A stretch of 38,234 bases of DNA from positions 1 through 38,234 of the forward strand of contig CAZCQM010000001.1 in assembly GCA_964500785.1 (NCBI GenBank), given 5' to 3'. Positions 24,523 to 32,616 of this stretch are shown piece by piece. The notes beneath the pieces are model-generated. The model worked only from the letters and a program-made list of their open reading frames with translations. It was not told the origin of the DNA and did no database searches. The first letter of the stretch is position 1; the number at the start of each line of letters is the position of its first letter. The translations under genes were made by a program, and so were the position numbers. This DNA is from an uncultured bacterium (GTDB taxonomy: Bacteria > Krumholzibacteriota > Krumholzibacteriia > WVZY01 > JAKEHA01).

Positions 24523-26487
24523 ATGGTTGCACATTTCATATGCGTCTCTTCCAGAATGACCGTGGCACTCGCGGCGACGGTCGCGCTCGTCCTGGCGGCT
24601 TCGTTGCCGACGGCCGCACGGGCGTCGGCGCCGAAGGCGAAGGTCGACAACCCGCACGGTGCCTTCAAGGAGGACTGCTCGATGTGCCACAGCGCCAGGG
24701 CCTGGAAGCCGGCGCAGATCGGGAAGAAATTCGATCACGAGAAGTACGGGGGCATCCCGCTGACGGGCGCGCATTCGACGGTCAAGTGCACGAAGTGCCA
24801 TACCAGCCTCGATTTTTCGACGGCGTCCGGCGCGTGCGTCGATTGCCACTCTGACGTCCACAACGGCGAGCTGGGCACCGATTGCGCCCAGTGTCACGGG
24901 ACCAAGAGCTTCAACGACCGCAACGACCAGATAAACATGCACCGCCTGACGCGATTCCCGCTGGAGGGAGCGCACCAGACGCTCGACTGCGATCTGTGTC
25001 ACAAGGCGTCGGCCCCCGGGTCGATGGTGTTCGTCAACACGCCGACGGAGTGCGAGTCGTGCCATATGCAGGACTACGCAGCCACGACCGCGCCCAACCA
25101 CGAGTCGGCCGGATTCAGCCATCAGTGCGAGTCGTGCCACAACGAGCTGGCCTGGTCACGCGTGCGTTTCGACCACGCCGAGACCAGCTTCCCGCTGACG
25201 GGTGCCCACGCGGCGCTGCAGTGCGACCGCTGCCATGAGGGCAACGTGTTCACGGGTCTCTCGACGGCGTGCGTATCGTGTCACCAGACCGACTTCGACG
25301 GCACGACGGACCCCAACCACGCCACCGCCGGCTTCTCGACCGACTGCGAGGTGTGTCATTCGACGACGACGTGGCAGGGTGCCAATTTCAACCATTCGGC
25401 GACGAACTTCCCGCTGACGGGCGCCCACTCCGCGGTGCAGTGCGACCAGTGCCACACAGGCGGCGTCTACACCGGACTGTCCACGGCGTGCGTGTCGTGT
25501 CATCAGACCGATTACGACGGAACCAACGACCCCGCCCACGCGGCGGCCGGCTTCCCGACCGACTGCGAGGCGTGCCATTCGACGACGACCTGGCAGGGGG
25601 CGGTATTCAATCACTCGGAGACGAACTTCCCGCTGACGGGGGCGCACGTGGCCGTCACCTGCGACCAGTGCCACGCCGGCGGCGTTTACTCCGGCCTCTC
25701 GACCGCGTGCATCTCGTGCCACCAGACCGACTACGACGGCACGACCGATCCCGCCCACGCCGCGGCCGGGTTCCCGACCGACTGCGAGGCGTGCCACACG
25801 ACGACGCGCTGGCAGGGCGCGGTCTTCAACCACTCGGCGACGAATTTCCCGCTGACGGGAGCCCACCTGGCCGCGACGTGCGACCAGTGCCACGCCGGTG
25901 GCGTGTACTCCGGACTCTCGACCGCGTGCATCTCGTGCCACCAGACCGACTACGACGGCACGACCGATCCCGCCCATGCATCGGCGGGGTTCCCGACCGA
26001 CTGCGAGGCGTGCCACACGACGACGACGTGGCAGGGCGCGATCTTCAACCACTCGGCGACGAATTTCCCGCTGACGGGGGCGCACCTGACGGCGACGTGC
26101 GACCAGTGCCACGCCGGTGGCGTGTACTCGGGTCTCTCGACGGCGTGCGTGTCGTGCCATCAGAGCGAGTACAACGGCACGACCAATCCGGCGCACGCGG
26201 CGGCGGGGTTCCCGACCGACTGCGAGGCGTGCCATACGACGACGCGCTGGGACGGCGCCACGTTCAACCACGACCCGTGGTTCCCGATCTACTCGGGCCG
26301 CCACGCCGGCCGGTGGAACCGGTGCGAGGACTGTCACCCCAGCGCCACCAGCTATACGACGTTCGACTGTCTGGGGTGTCACCCGCACGACGACAAGGCG
26401 GGGACCGACAGCCACCACCGGGGCATGAACGGCTACTCGTACGAGTCGACCCGGTGTTATTCGTGCCACCCGAACGGGAGAGCCTAG
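24523..26487 (+). CDS. Periplasmic multiheme c-type cytochrome, 25 CXXCH motifs, built from tandem triheme modules
   Basis: Signal peptide (PTAARASA). I counted 25 CXXCH by eye. The start is ambiguous (TTG 24517, ATG 24523, ATG 24556); ATG 24523 sits 6 nt after AGGTGA. Confidence 0.9.
   Translation: MVAHFICVSSRMTVALAATVALVLAASLPTAARASAPKAKVDNPHGAFKEDCSMCHSARAWKPAQIGKKFDHEKYGGIPLTGAHSTVKCTKCHTSLDFSTASGACVDCHSDVHNGELGTDCAQCHGTKSFNDRNDQINMHRLTRFPLEGAHQTLDCDLCHKASAPGSMVFVNTPTECESCHMQDYAATTAPNHESAGFSHQCESCHNELAWSRVRFDHAETSFPLTGAHAALQCDRCHEGNVFTGLSTACVSCHQTDFDGTTDPNHATAGFSTDCEVCHSTTTWQGANFNHSATNFPLTGAHSAVQCDQCHTGGVYTGLSTACVSCHQTDYDGTNDPAHAAAGFPTDCEACHSTTTWQGAVFNHSETNFPLTGAHVAVTCDQCHAGGVYSGLSTACISCHQTDYDGTTDPAHAAAGFPTDCEACHTTTRWQGAVFNHSATNFPLTGAHLAATCDQCHAGGVYSGLSTACISCHQTDYDGTTDPAHASAGFPTDCEACHTTTTWQGAIFNHSATNFPLTGAHLTATCDQCHAGGVYSGLSTACVSCHQSEYNGTTNPAHAAAGFPTDCEACHTTTRWDGATFNHDPWFPIYSGRHAGRWNRCEDCHPSATSYTTFDCLGCHPHDDKAGTDSHHRGMNGYSYESTRCYSCHPNGRA
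25153..26247 (+). repeat. Five in-frame tandem copies of a 219-bp (73-aa) unit inside the 25-heme cytochrome gene
   Basis: Units begin with a TGG (Trp) codon at 25153, 25372, 25591, 25810 and 26029. Copies 3 and 4 share a 62-nt identical run (25696-25757 and 25915-25976). A more degenerate unit precedes at about 24930. Confidence 0.9.
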
Positions 26488-26493
26488 ACGCCG

Positions 26494-28116
26494 ATGCCGC
26501 GCTTCGCTCGTACGACTCTGGTGATGTTCGCGCTGCTTGTGGCGGCGTCGGTGCCGATTGCGACCGCGGCAGGCCACCGGATCACCTATCTGACGATCTC
26601 GACGGCATACATCGATGCCGGCCGCGACGACGGGGTGGCCGTGGGGGCGAGCGTCACGGTCGTGCGCGCGGGCAAGATCATCGCCACGCTGCTCGTGACC
26701 GACGTGTCGTCGAACCGGGCCGCGTGCACGATCCAGTCGTCCACCGAACCGGTCGCCATCGGGGATGCGATCCGGTACTCGCCCGTCAAGGCTCCCACGC
26801 CCGTCGACACGACGCGCACGGCGCCGCCGAGCCGCACGTTCTCGGGTAAGGTCGTGACGGGCACCGACGAGCCGGCGCCCACGCGAGCCGTGTCGTGGGC
26901 GCGCCGCAACGGTCTCCGCGGCCAGATCGGCGTGCGCTACCTCGGCATCATCGACCAGGGCGGCGTCGGCGGGAACCTGTCGCAGCCGTCCGCGGACATC
27001 CGGGTCGACGGTGCACGCGTGGGCCACTCGCCGTTCGACCTTCAGGTGGATGTTCGCGCGCGTCACTCGTACCAGTCCGTCCCGGGCGGCGACGGGTACG
27101 ACAACGGCCAGACCCGCGTGTACCGCATGAACAGCCGGTGGCACTCGCCCCATGACCGTCTCCGCGTGACCGTGGGGCGCCAGTTCTCGTCGTCGCTGAC
27201 GAGCATCAGCACGTTCGACGGCGCCCAGCTGGAATACGATTTCTCCCCCCGCTGGGGTATGGGGACGTTCGCGGGCACGCAACCCAGCATGGACGGCAAC
27301 TACGCGTTTTCCACCGATGTCAGAGAATACGGCGCCTTCGCGCGGCTGCGGTCAAAGCCGCGGTCCACGACACGCTGGGAAGCCGTCGTCGCCGGGATCG
27401 GCTCCTACCAGTTCGACAAGATCAACCGCGAGTACATGGCGCTGGTGGGACGCGTCAACGCGCCGAGGCTGTCCGTGATGGCGCAGCAGGAGATCGACGT
27501 CAACCGCGGCTGGAAGCACGACGCCGAAAACAGCCAGGTGTCGCTGACCAGCACGTTCGCGACGGCGCGCTACCGTCTGACACCCCACGTCGACCTCGAC
27601 GCCGGGTACGACAATCGGCGCAACGTCCGCTTGTATCGCGACTACATCAGTCCGGAGACGCTGTTCGACGATTCGTACCGGCGCGGCACCTGGGGCGGCG
27701 TCGGCGTGCGCCTGACCGCGCAGTACCGCCTGGGATTCTCCGCGCGGTCCAGCGGTGGCGGCAGCTCGGGCGACGCGACCTCGTATACGATGACCGGATC
27801 CGCCAACCGGCTCACCCCGCTTCACCTGAGCTTCCGGCTCCGGTCCACGCGCTACACCAACACGCGCCTGGACGGCTGGATGCACACGCTCTCCGGCAAC
27901 GTTCCCGTCGGGCCGCGCTGGCTCATGGAGCTCTACGGCGGCGTGCGCGACGAAAAGGGCCGGGGGGCGGTTATGGACACGAACACATCGTGGTTCGGCG
28001 GCAACCTGGACGTGGGTGTGGGTCAGAACTGGTACATCAACATGTCCGCGGAGCGCAACGGTGAGGGCCAGACCGCCTACGACCAGGTCTACACCAGCGT
28101 GAGCTGGCGCTTCTAG
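26494..28116 (+). CDS. Outer-membrane beta-barrel protein with a small N-terminal soluble domain (candidate porin partner of the cytochromes)
   Basis: Signal peptide (PIATAAG). About 100 aa of N-terminal beta-rich domain, then a Pro/Thr linker, then about 420 aa of alternating amphipathic strands ending ...YTSVSWRF (terminal Phe). Starts 6 nt after the cytochrome stop. Confidence 0.6.
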   Translation: MPRFARTTLVMFALLVAASVPIATAAGHRITYLTISTAYIDAGRDDGVAVGASVTVVRAGKIIATLLVTDVSSNRAACTIQSSTEPVAIGDAIRYSPVKAPTPVDTTRTAPPSRTFSGKVVTGTDEPAPTRAVSWARRNGLRGQIGVRYLGIIDQGGVGGNLSQPSADIRVDGARVGHSPFDLQVDVRARHSYQSVPGGDGYDNGQTRVYRMNSRWHSPHDRLRVTVGRQFSSSLTSISTFDGAQLEYDFSPRWGMGTFAGTQPSMDGNYAFSTDVREYGAFARLRSKPRSTTRWEAVVAGIGSYQFDKINREYMALVGRVNAPRLSVMAQQEIDVNRGWKHDAENSQVSLTSTFATARYRLTPHVDLDAGYDNRRNVRLYRDYISPETLFDDSYRRGTWGGVGVRLTAQYRLGFSARSSGGGSSGDATSYTMTGSANRLTPLHLSFRLRSTRYTNTRLDGWMHTLSGNVPVGPRWLMELYGGVRDEKGRGAVMDTNTSWFGGNLDVGVGQNWYINMSAERNGEGQTAYDQVYTSVSWRF

Positions 28117-29927
28117 CGGGCGGTCGAACCGGGGGACGGCTGGTACATCGCATCGATGTCGTCCCGGTAGGCTTCTTCCACGATCTTCCTTCGAACCTTC
28201 AGCGTCGGCGTGAGGTGACCCTCCGCGACGGTCAGCTCCCGGTCCAGGACCGTGAAGTTCTTGATCTTCTCGAACTGTGCCAGCTCTTCGTTGGCGCGGT
28301 CGACGATCCCCTGATAGAGCGCGCGCACCTCCGGCGATGCCGTGAGGCGCTTCCGGTCGGAAAGGTCGAGGCCGCCCGCCCGCGCCCACGCGTCGAGCCG
28401 GTCGAAGTTGGGCACGATCAGCATCGAGATGAAGGGCCGGCGATTGCCCACCAGGACGGCTTCGGTCACGAACTTGTTGCGCCGGATGCGTGCCTCGATG
28501 GGTTGCGGCGCCACCTTCTTGCCCCCCGCGGTGGCAATGAGATCCTTCTTCCGATCGGTGATGTAGAGGAACCCGTCTCCGTTGATGTGTCCGATGTCGC
28601 CGGTGTGGAACCATCCGCCGGCCAGCGCCTCGTCCGTCTGCTCGGGTTTGCGGAAATAGCCCTGCATGACGTTGTCGCCGCGCGCCAGGATCTCCCCGTC
28701 GTCCGCGATCTTGACCTCGACGCCGGGAAGGGGGCGGCCCACGCTGCCGATGCGCCAGTTCTCCTGCGTATTGACCGCGATGACGGGGGACGTCTCCGTG
28801 AGGCCGTATCCCTCGAGGATGGGGATACCGGCCGCCCGGAAGAACTCGGCGATCTCTTTCGACAACGGCGCACCCCCCGAGATGAAGAAGCGAAGCCGGC
28901 CGCCCACCCGCTCTCGGAGCGTGCGGAACGCGAGCGCGTCGGCCACGGTCCGTTGCAGGCGCGTCGCGGCGTTCGCGCCGCCCGCCGCCGTCTGTTCGAC
29001 GTAGGCGCGCCCCACCGCCATCGACCAGTGGAAGATGCTCTTGCGCAGAACGGACCCTTTCGCGACGGTGTCCAGGATGCGCGCATACATCTTCTCGTAC
29101 ACGCGGGGCACGCTGCAGACAACCGTCGGGCGCACCTCGCGAAGGTTGTCGGGCACGCGCTCGATGGACTCGGCGTACACGATCGAGGTTCCCGCCGTCA
29201 TCATGCAATAGAACCCCGCGGTGCGCTCGAAGACGTGGCTCAGGGGCAGGAACGACAGGCACGTATCCGAGGGGCGCAGGTCGAACACGGTCAGGCACTG
29301 CCGGATGTTGGCCATGAAGTTGCCGTGCGAGAGGATCGTGCCCTTGGGCTCGCCGGTGGTGCCCGACGTGTAGATGATGCTGGCCCACTCGCGGGGATGG
29401 ATTTCGGCGACGAGGGCGCGATAGGTTCGGTCATCCACGGGCTCGGCCGCACGCGCGAGGAACGCGTCGAACGTTTCGACGCCGTCCCCGCCGGCGTCTG
29501 CGTCGAAGGCGACTACGTGCTCGAGGAGTGGAAGCCGCGACCGCAGGCCCCGCACCGTGGCCGCGTGCTCCTTCGATGAGACGAAGATGACGCGGGCGTC
29601 CGCGTCGCGCAGCAGGTACTCGATGTTCGCGGGCGTGAGCGTGGGATAGATGGGAACGTCGACCACGCCCAGAGACAGCAGGGCCAGGTCGATGGCGGCC
29701 CACTCCGGCCGGTTCTCGGACAGGATCGCCACGCGGTCCGCACGCGCCAGACGCAACGCGCGCAGGGCGGCGACCGCCGCGCGCACGCGGCCGTACATGT
29801 CGGCGTGCGAGATGTCGAGCCAGTTCCCGTCGCTCTTGTGGCGAAACGCGTCCGGCTTGCCGAACGCATCCAGGGACGCGAGGAACTGGGCGGGAACCGA
29901 ACTCTGGAACTCCACGGGGGTCACCAT
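28113..29927 (-). CDS. Long-chain fatty-acid--CoA ligase (AMP-forming, ANL superfamily)
   Basis: IIYTSGTTGEPKGT (AMP-binding P-loop), GYGLTETSP, TGDIG...DGFLYITDRKKD, KVRRK. ATG at 29927-29925 with GGAGG upstream; the listed 683-aa ORF over-extends. Confidence 0.88.
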   Translation of the reverse strand: MVTPVEFQSSVPAQFLASLDAFGKPDAFRHKSDGNWLDISHADMYGRVRAAVAALRALRLARADRVAILSENRPEWAAIDLALLSLGVVDVPIYPTLTPANIEYLLRDADARVIFVSSKEHAATVRGLRSRLPLLEHVVAFDADAGGDGVETFDAFLARAAEPVDDRTYRALVAEIHPREWASIIYTSGTTGEPKGTILSHGNFMANIRQCLTVFDLRPSDTCLSFLPLSHVFERTAGFYCMMTAGTSIVYAESIERVPDNLREVRPTVVCSVPRVYEKMYARILDTVAKGSVLRKSIFHWSMAVGRAYVEQTAAGGANAATRLQRTVADALAFRTLRERVGGRLRFFISGGAPLSKEIAEFFRAAGIPILEGYGLTETSPVIAVNTQENWRIGSVGRPLPGVEVKIADDGEILARGDNVMQGYFRKPEQTDEALAGGWFHTGDIGHINGDGFLYITDRKKDLIATAGGKKVAPQPIEARIRRNKFVTEAVLVGNRRPFISMLIVPNFDRLDAWARAGGLDLSDRKRLTASPEVRALYQGIVDRANEELAQFEKIKNFTVLDRELTVAEGHLTPTLKVRRKIVEEAYRDDIDAMYQPSPGSTAR

Positions 29928-30142
29928 ACCTCCTGGTGGCGCGCGGCGCCATCTTTGCTTCATCGAGCAAGACACGGGCCAGAGCGGGCGGGCGGCCCGC
30001 CGGCGGCCCGGGACGCCGCGGATGCGGGCGGTGGTCAAATAGGGTTTGAAATGGCCCGCCCCCGCGGGTAGAGTAAAGCCCGATCCTGACCCGCCGCCCG
30101 GCGGAACGATATCCCGACCAACCAAGTTATTCGGAGGTTTCC

Positions 30143-30847
30143 ATGGCTCTCGATGCCACCGCATTCATCGGCAAGCTGGACGAGACGATCTCTTTGCACG
30201 CGATGCTGCAGCACCCGTTCTACCGGGCCTGGAACGAGGGCGGGCTCTCCAGGGAGACCCTGCGCGAGTACGCCAAGCAGTACTACGCCCACGTCCGCTT
30301 CTTTCCGCGCTACGTGAGCGCCGTGCACGCCTCGTGCGACGACATCCGCGTCCGCCAGCTGCTCCTCGAGAACCTGATCGACGAGGACCGCGGGGACGAC
30401 AACCACCCCGAGTTGTGGATGCGCTTCGCCGACGGCCTCGGCGTGGATCGCGGCGCGGTGCGCGACGCGGATCTCCTGCCGGCGACGCGCGAGTCGGTGG
30501 CCGAGATGGTGCGCCTGACGCGCAGCGACGACTTCCGCGACGGGCTGGCCGCTCTCTACGCCTATGAATCGCAGATCCCGCTGGTCGCGAAGACGAAGCG
30601 GGAGGGCCTGGCGTCGTTCTACGGCCTGAACGACGCGCGTTCGGTGGACTTCTTCACCGTCCACGAAGAGGCCGACATCGTCCACAGCCAGGTGGAGCGC
30701 GATCTGCTCGCCGAGCACTGCCGCACCGACGCCGCCCAGGCGCGCGCGCTGCAGTCGGCCGGCGACGGCGCGCGGGCGCTGTGGCTCTTTCTCGACGGCG
30801 TGCACGAGGCGTACTGCAAGGACGCGGTTCCGTCGCGCGAACGCTGA
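30143..30847 (+). CDS. CADD/CT610-like heme-oxygenase-fold di-iron protein (PqqC/TenA superfamily); candidate alternative p-aminobenzoate synthase
   Basis: Collinear with my recollection of Chlamydia CT610: HPFYRAWNEGGLSRETLREYAKQYYAHVRFFPRYVSAVHASCDD...LLENLIDEDRG.DNHPELW...AALYAYESQIP...FFTVHEEADIVH. Confidence 0.78.
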   Translation: MALDATAFIGKLDETISLHAMLQHPFYRAWNEGGLSRETLREYAKQYYAHVRFFPRYVSAVHASCDDIRVRQLLLENLIDEDRGDDNHPELWMRFADGLGVDRGAVRDADLLPATRESVAEMVRLTRSDDFRDGLAALYAYESQIPLVAKTKREGLASFYGLNDARSVDFFTVHEEADIVHSQVERDLLAEHCRTDAAQARALQSAGDGARALWLFLDGVHEAYCKDAVPSRER

Positions 30848-30871
30848 CACTCCATCGACAGGACGAGACAC

Positions 30872-31567
30872 GTGGCAAAACACATCGGCATCGTCGCCTG
30901 CAGTGCGGAGGGCGCCGCCCTCTGCTACACCACCGTCTGCACCGAGGCCCCCGACCTGATGGGAAAGAAGCACGCCCACCCCGAGGTGAGCATGCACACG
31001 CATCCCTTCAGCGATTACGTGCGCCTGATGGAGGCGGGGAACTGGGATGGAGTGGCTGCCCTGATGCTCTCCTCGGAGGCCAAGCTGGCCAAGTGCGGCG
31101 CCGAGCTGATCATCTGCCCGGACAACACGGTGCACCGCGTCTACGACCAGGTGGTCAAGCAGGGCAAGCTGCCCTGGCTCCATATCGCGGGCGAGGTCGC
31201 GACCGAGGCCAAACGCCGTGGTTACAAACGCGTCGGGCTCATCGGCACGGCATACACGATGGAGGCGTCCTTCTATAATGAGAAGCTGGGCGCGGAGGGC
31301 ATCGACGTCGTGCTCCCCGCCGAGAAGGACCTCAAGCTCGTCAACCGCATCATCTTCGACGAGCTGGTCGCGGCCCAGTTCACCGCCGAGTCGCGCGCGT
31401 ATTTCACGGGTCTGATCAACGAGATGCGCGCCGGCGGCTGCCAGGCGATCGTCCTGGGCTGCACCGAGGTGCCGCTGATCATCACCGAGGAGAATTCTCC
31501 ACTCCCGGTGCTCGACTCGACGCGCCTGCTCGCCCGCGCCGCGCTCAAGTCGTCGCTGGAATCGTAG
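30872..31567 (+). CDS. Aspartate/glutamate racemase-family amino-acid racemase
   Basis: IGIVACSAEGAALCY...LIICPDNTVH...VGLIGTAYTM...IVLGCTEVPLI carries the two catalytic Cys contexts of the Asp/Glu racemase fold. GTG start. Confidence 0.85.
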   Translation: MAKHIGIVACSAEGAALCYTTVCTEAPDLMGKKHAHPEVSMHTHPFSDYVRLMEAGNWDGVAALMLSSEAKLAKCGAELIICPDNTVHRVYDQVVKQGKLPWLHIAGEVATEAKRRGYKRVGLIGTAYTMEASFYNEKLGAEGIDVVLPAEKDLKLVNRIIFDELVAAQFTAESRAYFTGLINEMRAGGCQAIVLGCTEVPLIITEENSPLPVLDSTRLLARAALKSSLES

Positions 31568-31682
31568 CCGTCGAACGGGTCATGCGGGCTCGCGAGGATT
31601 GCTCGAACGCGAGTCCGCAGCGCGATTCCAGATGTCGTCCGCGCGAGGACCCGAGCGGGAGGGCAACCTCGCGAGCCCTCTG

Positions 31683-32489
31683 CTAGGTATCCCAGTCGTC
31701 CGGCTCCAGGAAATAGAAATGATGGCCCGGCGGTGAGCCGTGGCCGACGTTGGGGGCGTTCTCGATGGCGCGCGTCACGTAGCGCTTGGCGCGGCGGACG
31801 GCGTCGCCCAGGCCGTCTCCCAGCGCGAGGCGCGCGGTGATCGCGGCCGAGAACGTGCACCCCGTCCCGTGGACGCTTCGTTCGCGCGCCGGTCGGTCGG
31901 GGTGGAGCACGTCGATGCACTCTTCGGTTACCAGCACGTCGGTGGCCAGGGCGAACGCCGCGTGCCCGCCCTTCACCACGACCGCGCGCGGTCCCAGCGC
32001 GCGGATGCGCTCCCCGGCGCGCTTCATGTCCTCGACGGACTCGATGGGCATGGCCGCGAGCGCGGCCGCTTCGTGCAGGTTCGGCGTCGCCACCAGCGCC
32101 AGCGGGAGCAGCGAGTCACGCAGGGCGGCCACGGCCTCGTCGCGCAGGAGCCGGTAGCCGCTCTTGGAGATCATCACCGGGTCGACGACGAGCCGGTCGA
32201 CGCCGCGCGCGGACAGCGCCGCCGCCACGGTTTCGATGATCGCCACCGACGAGAGCATCCCCGTCTTGACGGCGGCGACGTCGAGGTCCTCGAAAACGGC
32301 GTCGAGCTGTGCGCGGATGAGGTCGGGGGGAAGATCGAGGGCCGCGCGGACCTCGCGCGTGTTCTGGGCCGTGACGGCCGTGACGACCGACGCGCCGAAC
32401 ACCCCGAGCGCCTGGAAGGTCTTGAGGTCGGCCTGGATGCCGGCGCCCCCGCTCGAATCGGACCCCGCTATGGTGAGTGCCTGTTTCAT
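31683..32489 (-). CDS. thiD: Hydroxymethylpyrimidine/phosphomethylpyrimidine kinase
   Basis: [30 protein letters not shown]...KTGML...[10 protein letters not shown]. The ATG is at 32489-32487; the listed ORF over-extends by 51 codons. Confidence 0.9.
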   Translation of the reverse strand: MKQALTIAGSDSSGGAGIQADLKTFQALGVFGASVVTAVTAQNTREVRAALDLPPDLIRAQLDAVFEDLDVAAVKTGMLSSVAIIETVAAALSARGVDRLVVDPVMISKSGYRLLRDEAVAALRDSLLPLALVATPNLHEAAALAAMPIESVEDMKRAGERIRALGPRAVVVKGGHAAFALATDVLVTEECIDVLHPDRPARERSVHGTGCTFSAAITARLALGDGLGDAVRRAKRYVTRAIENAPNVGHGSPPGHHFYFLEPDDWDT

Positions 32490-32564
32490 GCCGTTCCCGG
32501 TCTCCAGACCCGCGCGATCGCGACCCGATCCGCTGTGGCATCGCCTCCCGTGCCAGTGTACCAT

Positions 32565-32588
32565 AAGGCCGTTCGCGCGAACGGCCTT
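32565..32588. promoter_or_regulatory. 24-bp perfect palindrome AAGGCCGTTCGCGCGAACGGCCTT between divergent thiD and the S2P gene
   Basis: Read directly; it equals its own reverse complement. It ends 6 nt before a TATATT hexamer (32595-32600) that lies 16 nt upstream of the ATG at 32617. Confidence 0.4.
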
Positions 32589-32616
32589 CGCGCCGTATAT
32601 TACGTAGCGAGTCCCC

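Noticed and set aside
25153-26247. Regular 219-bp repeats considered as a CRISPR array or non-coding satellite
   Set aside because: The period is far too long for CRISPR and there is no repeat/spacer alternation. The repeats are in frame with conserved CXXCH codons inside a continuous signal-peptide-bearing ORF.
25156-27282. 708-aa minus-strand ORF and 526-aa alternative plus frame (25269-26849) across the repeat region
   Set aside because: These are repetitive Arg/Gly-rich translations that simply mirror the coding repeats. The heme-motif frame is clearly the real one.
32490-32616. TPP riboswitch expected upstream of thiD (minus strand)
   Set aside because: Reading the reverse complement, I could not find the conserved CUGAGA and pyrimidine-sensor helix sequences. 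I found only a GC hairpin/palindrome. Any riboswitch for the thiO operon would lie beyond the right edge. A covariance-model scan is needed for a firm negative.
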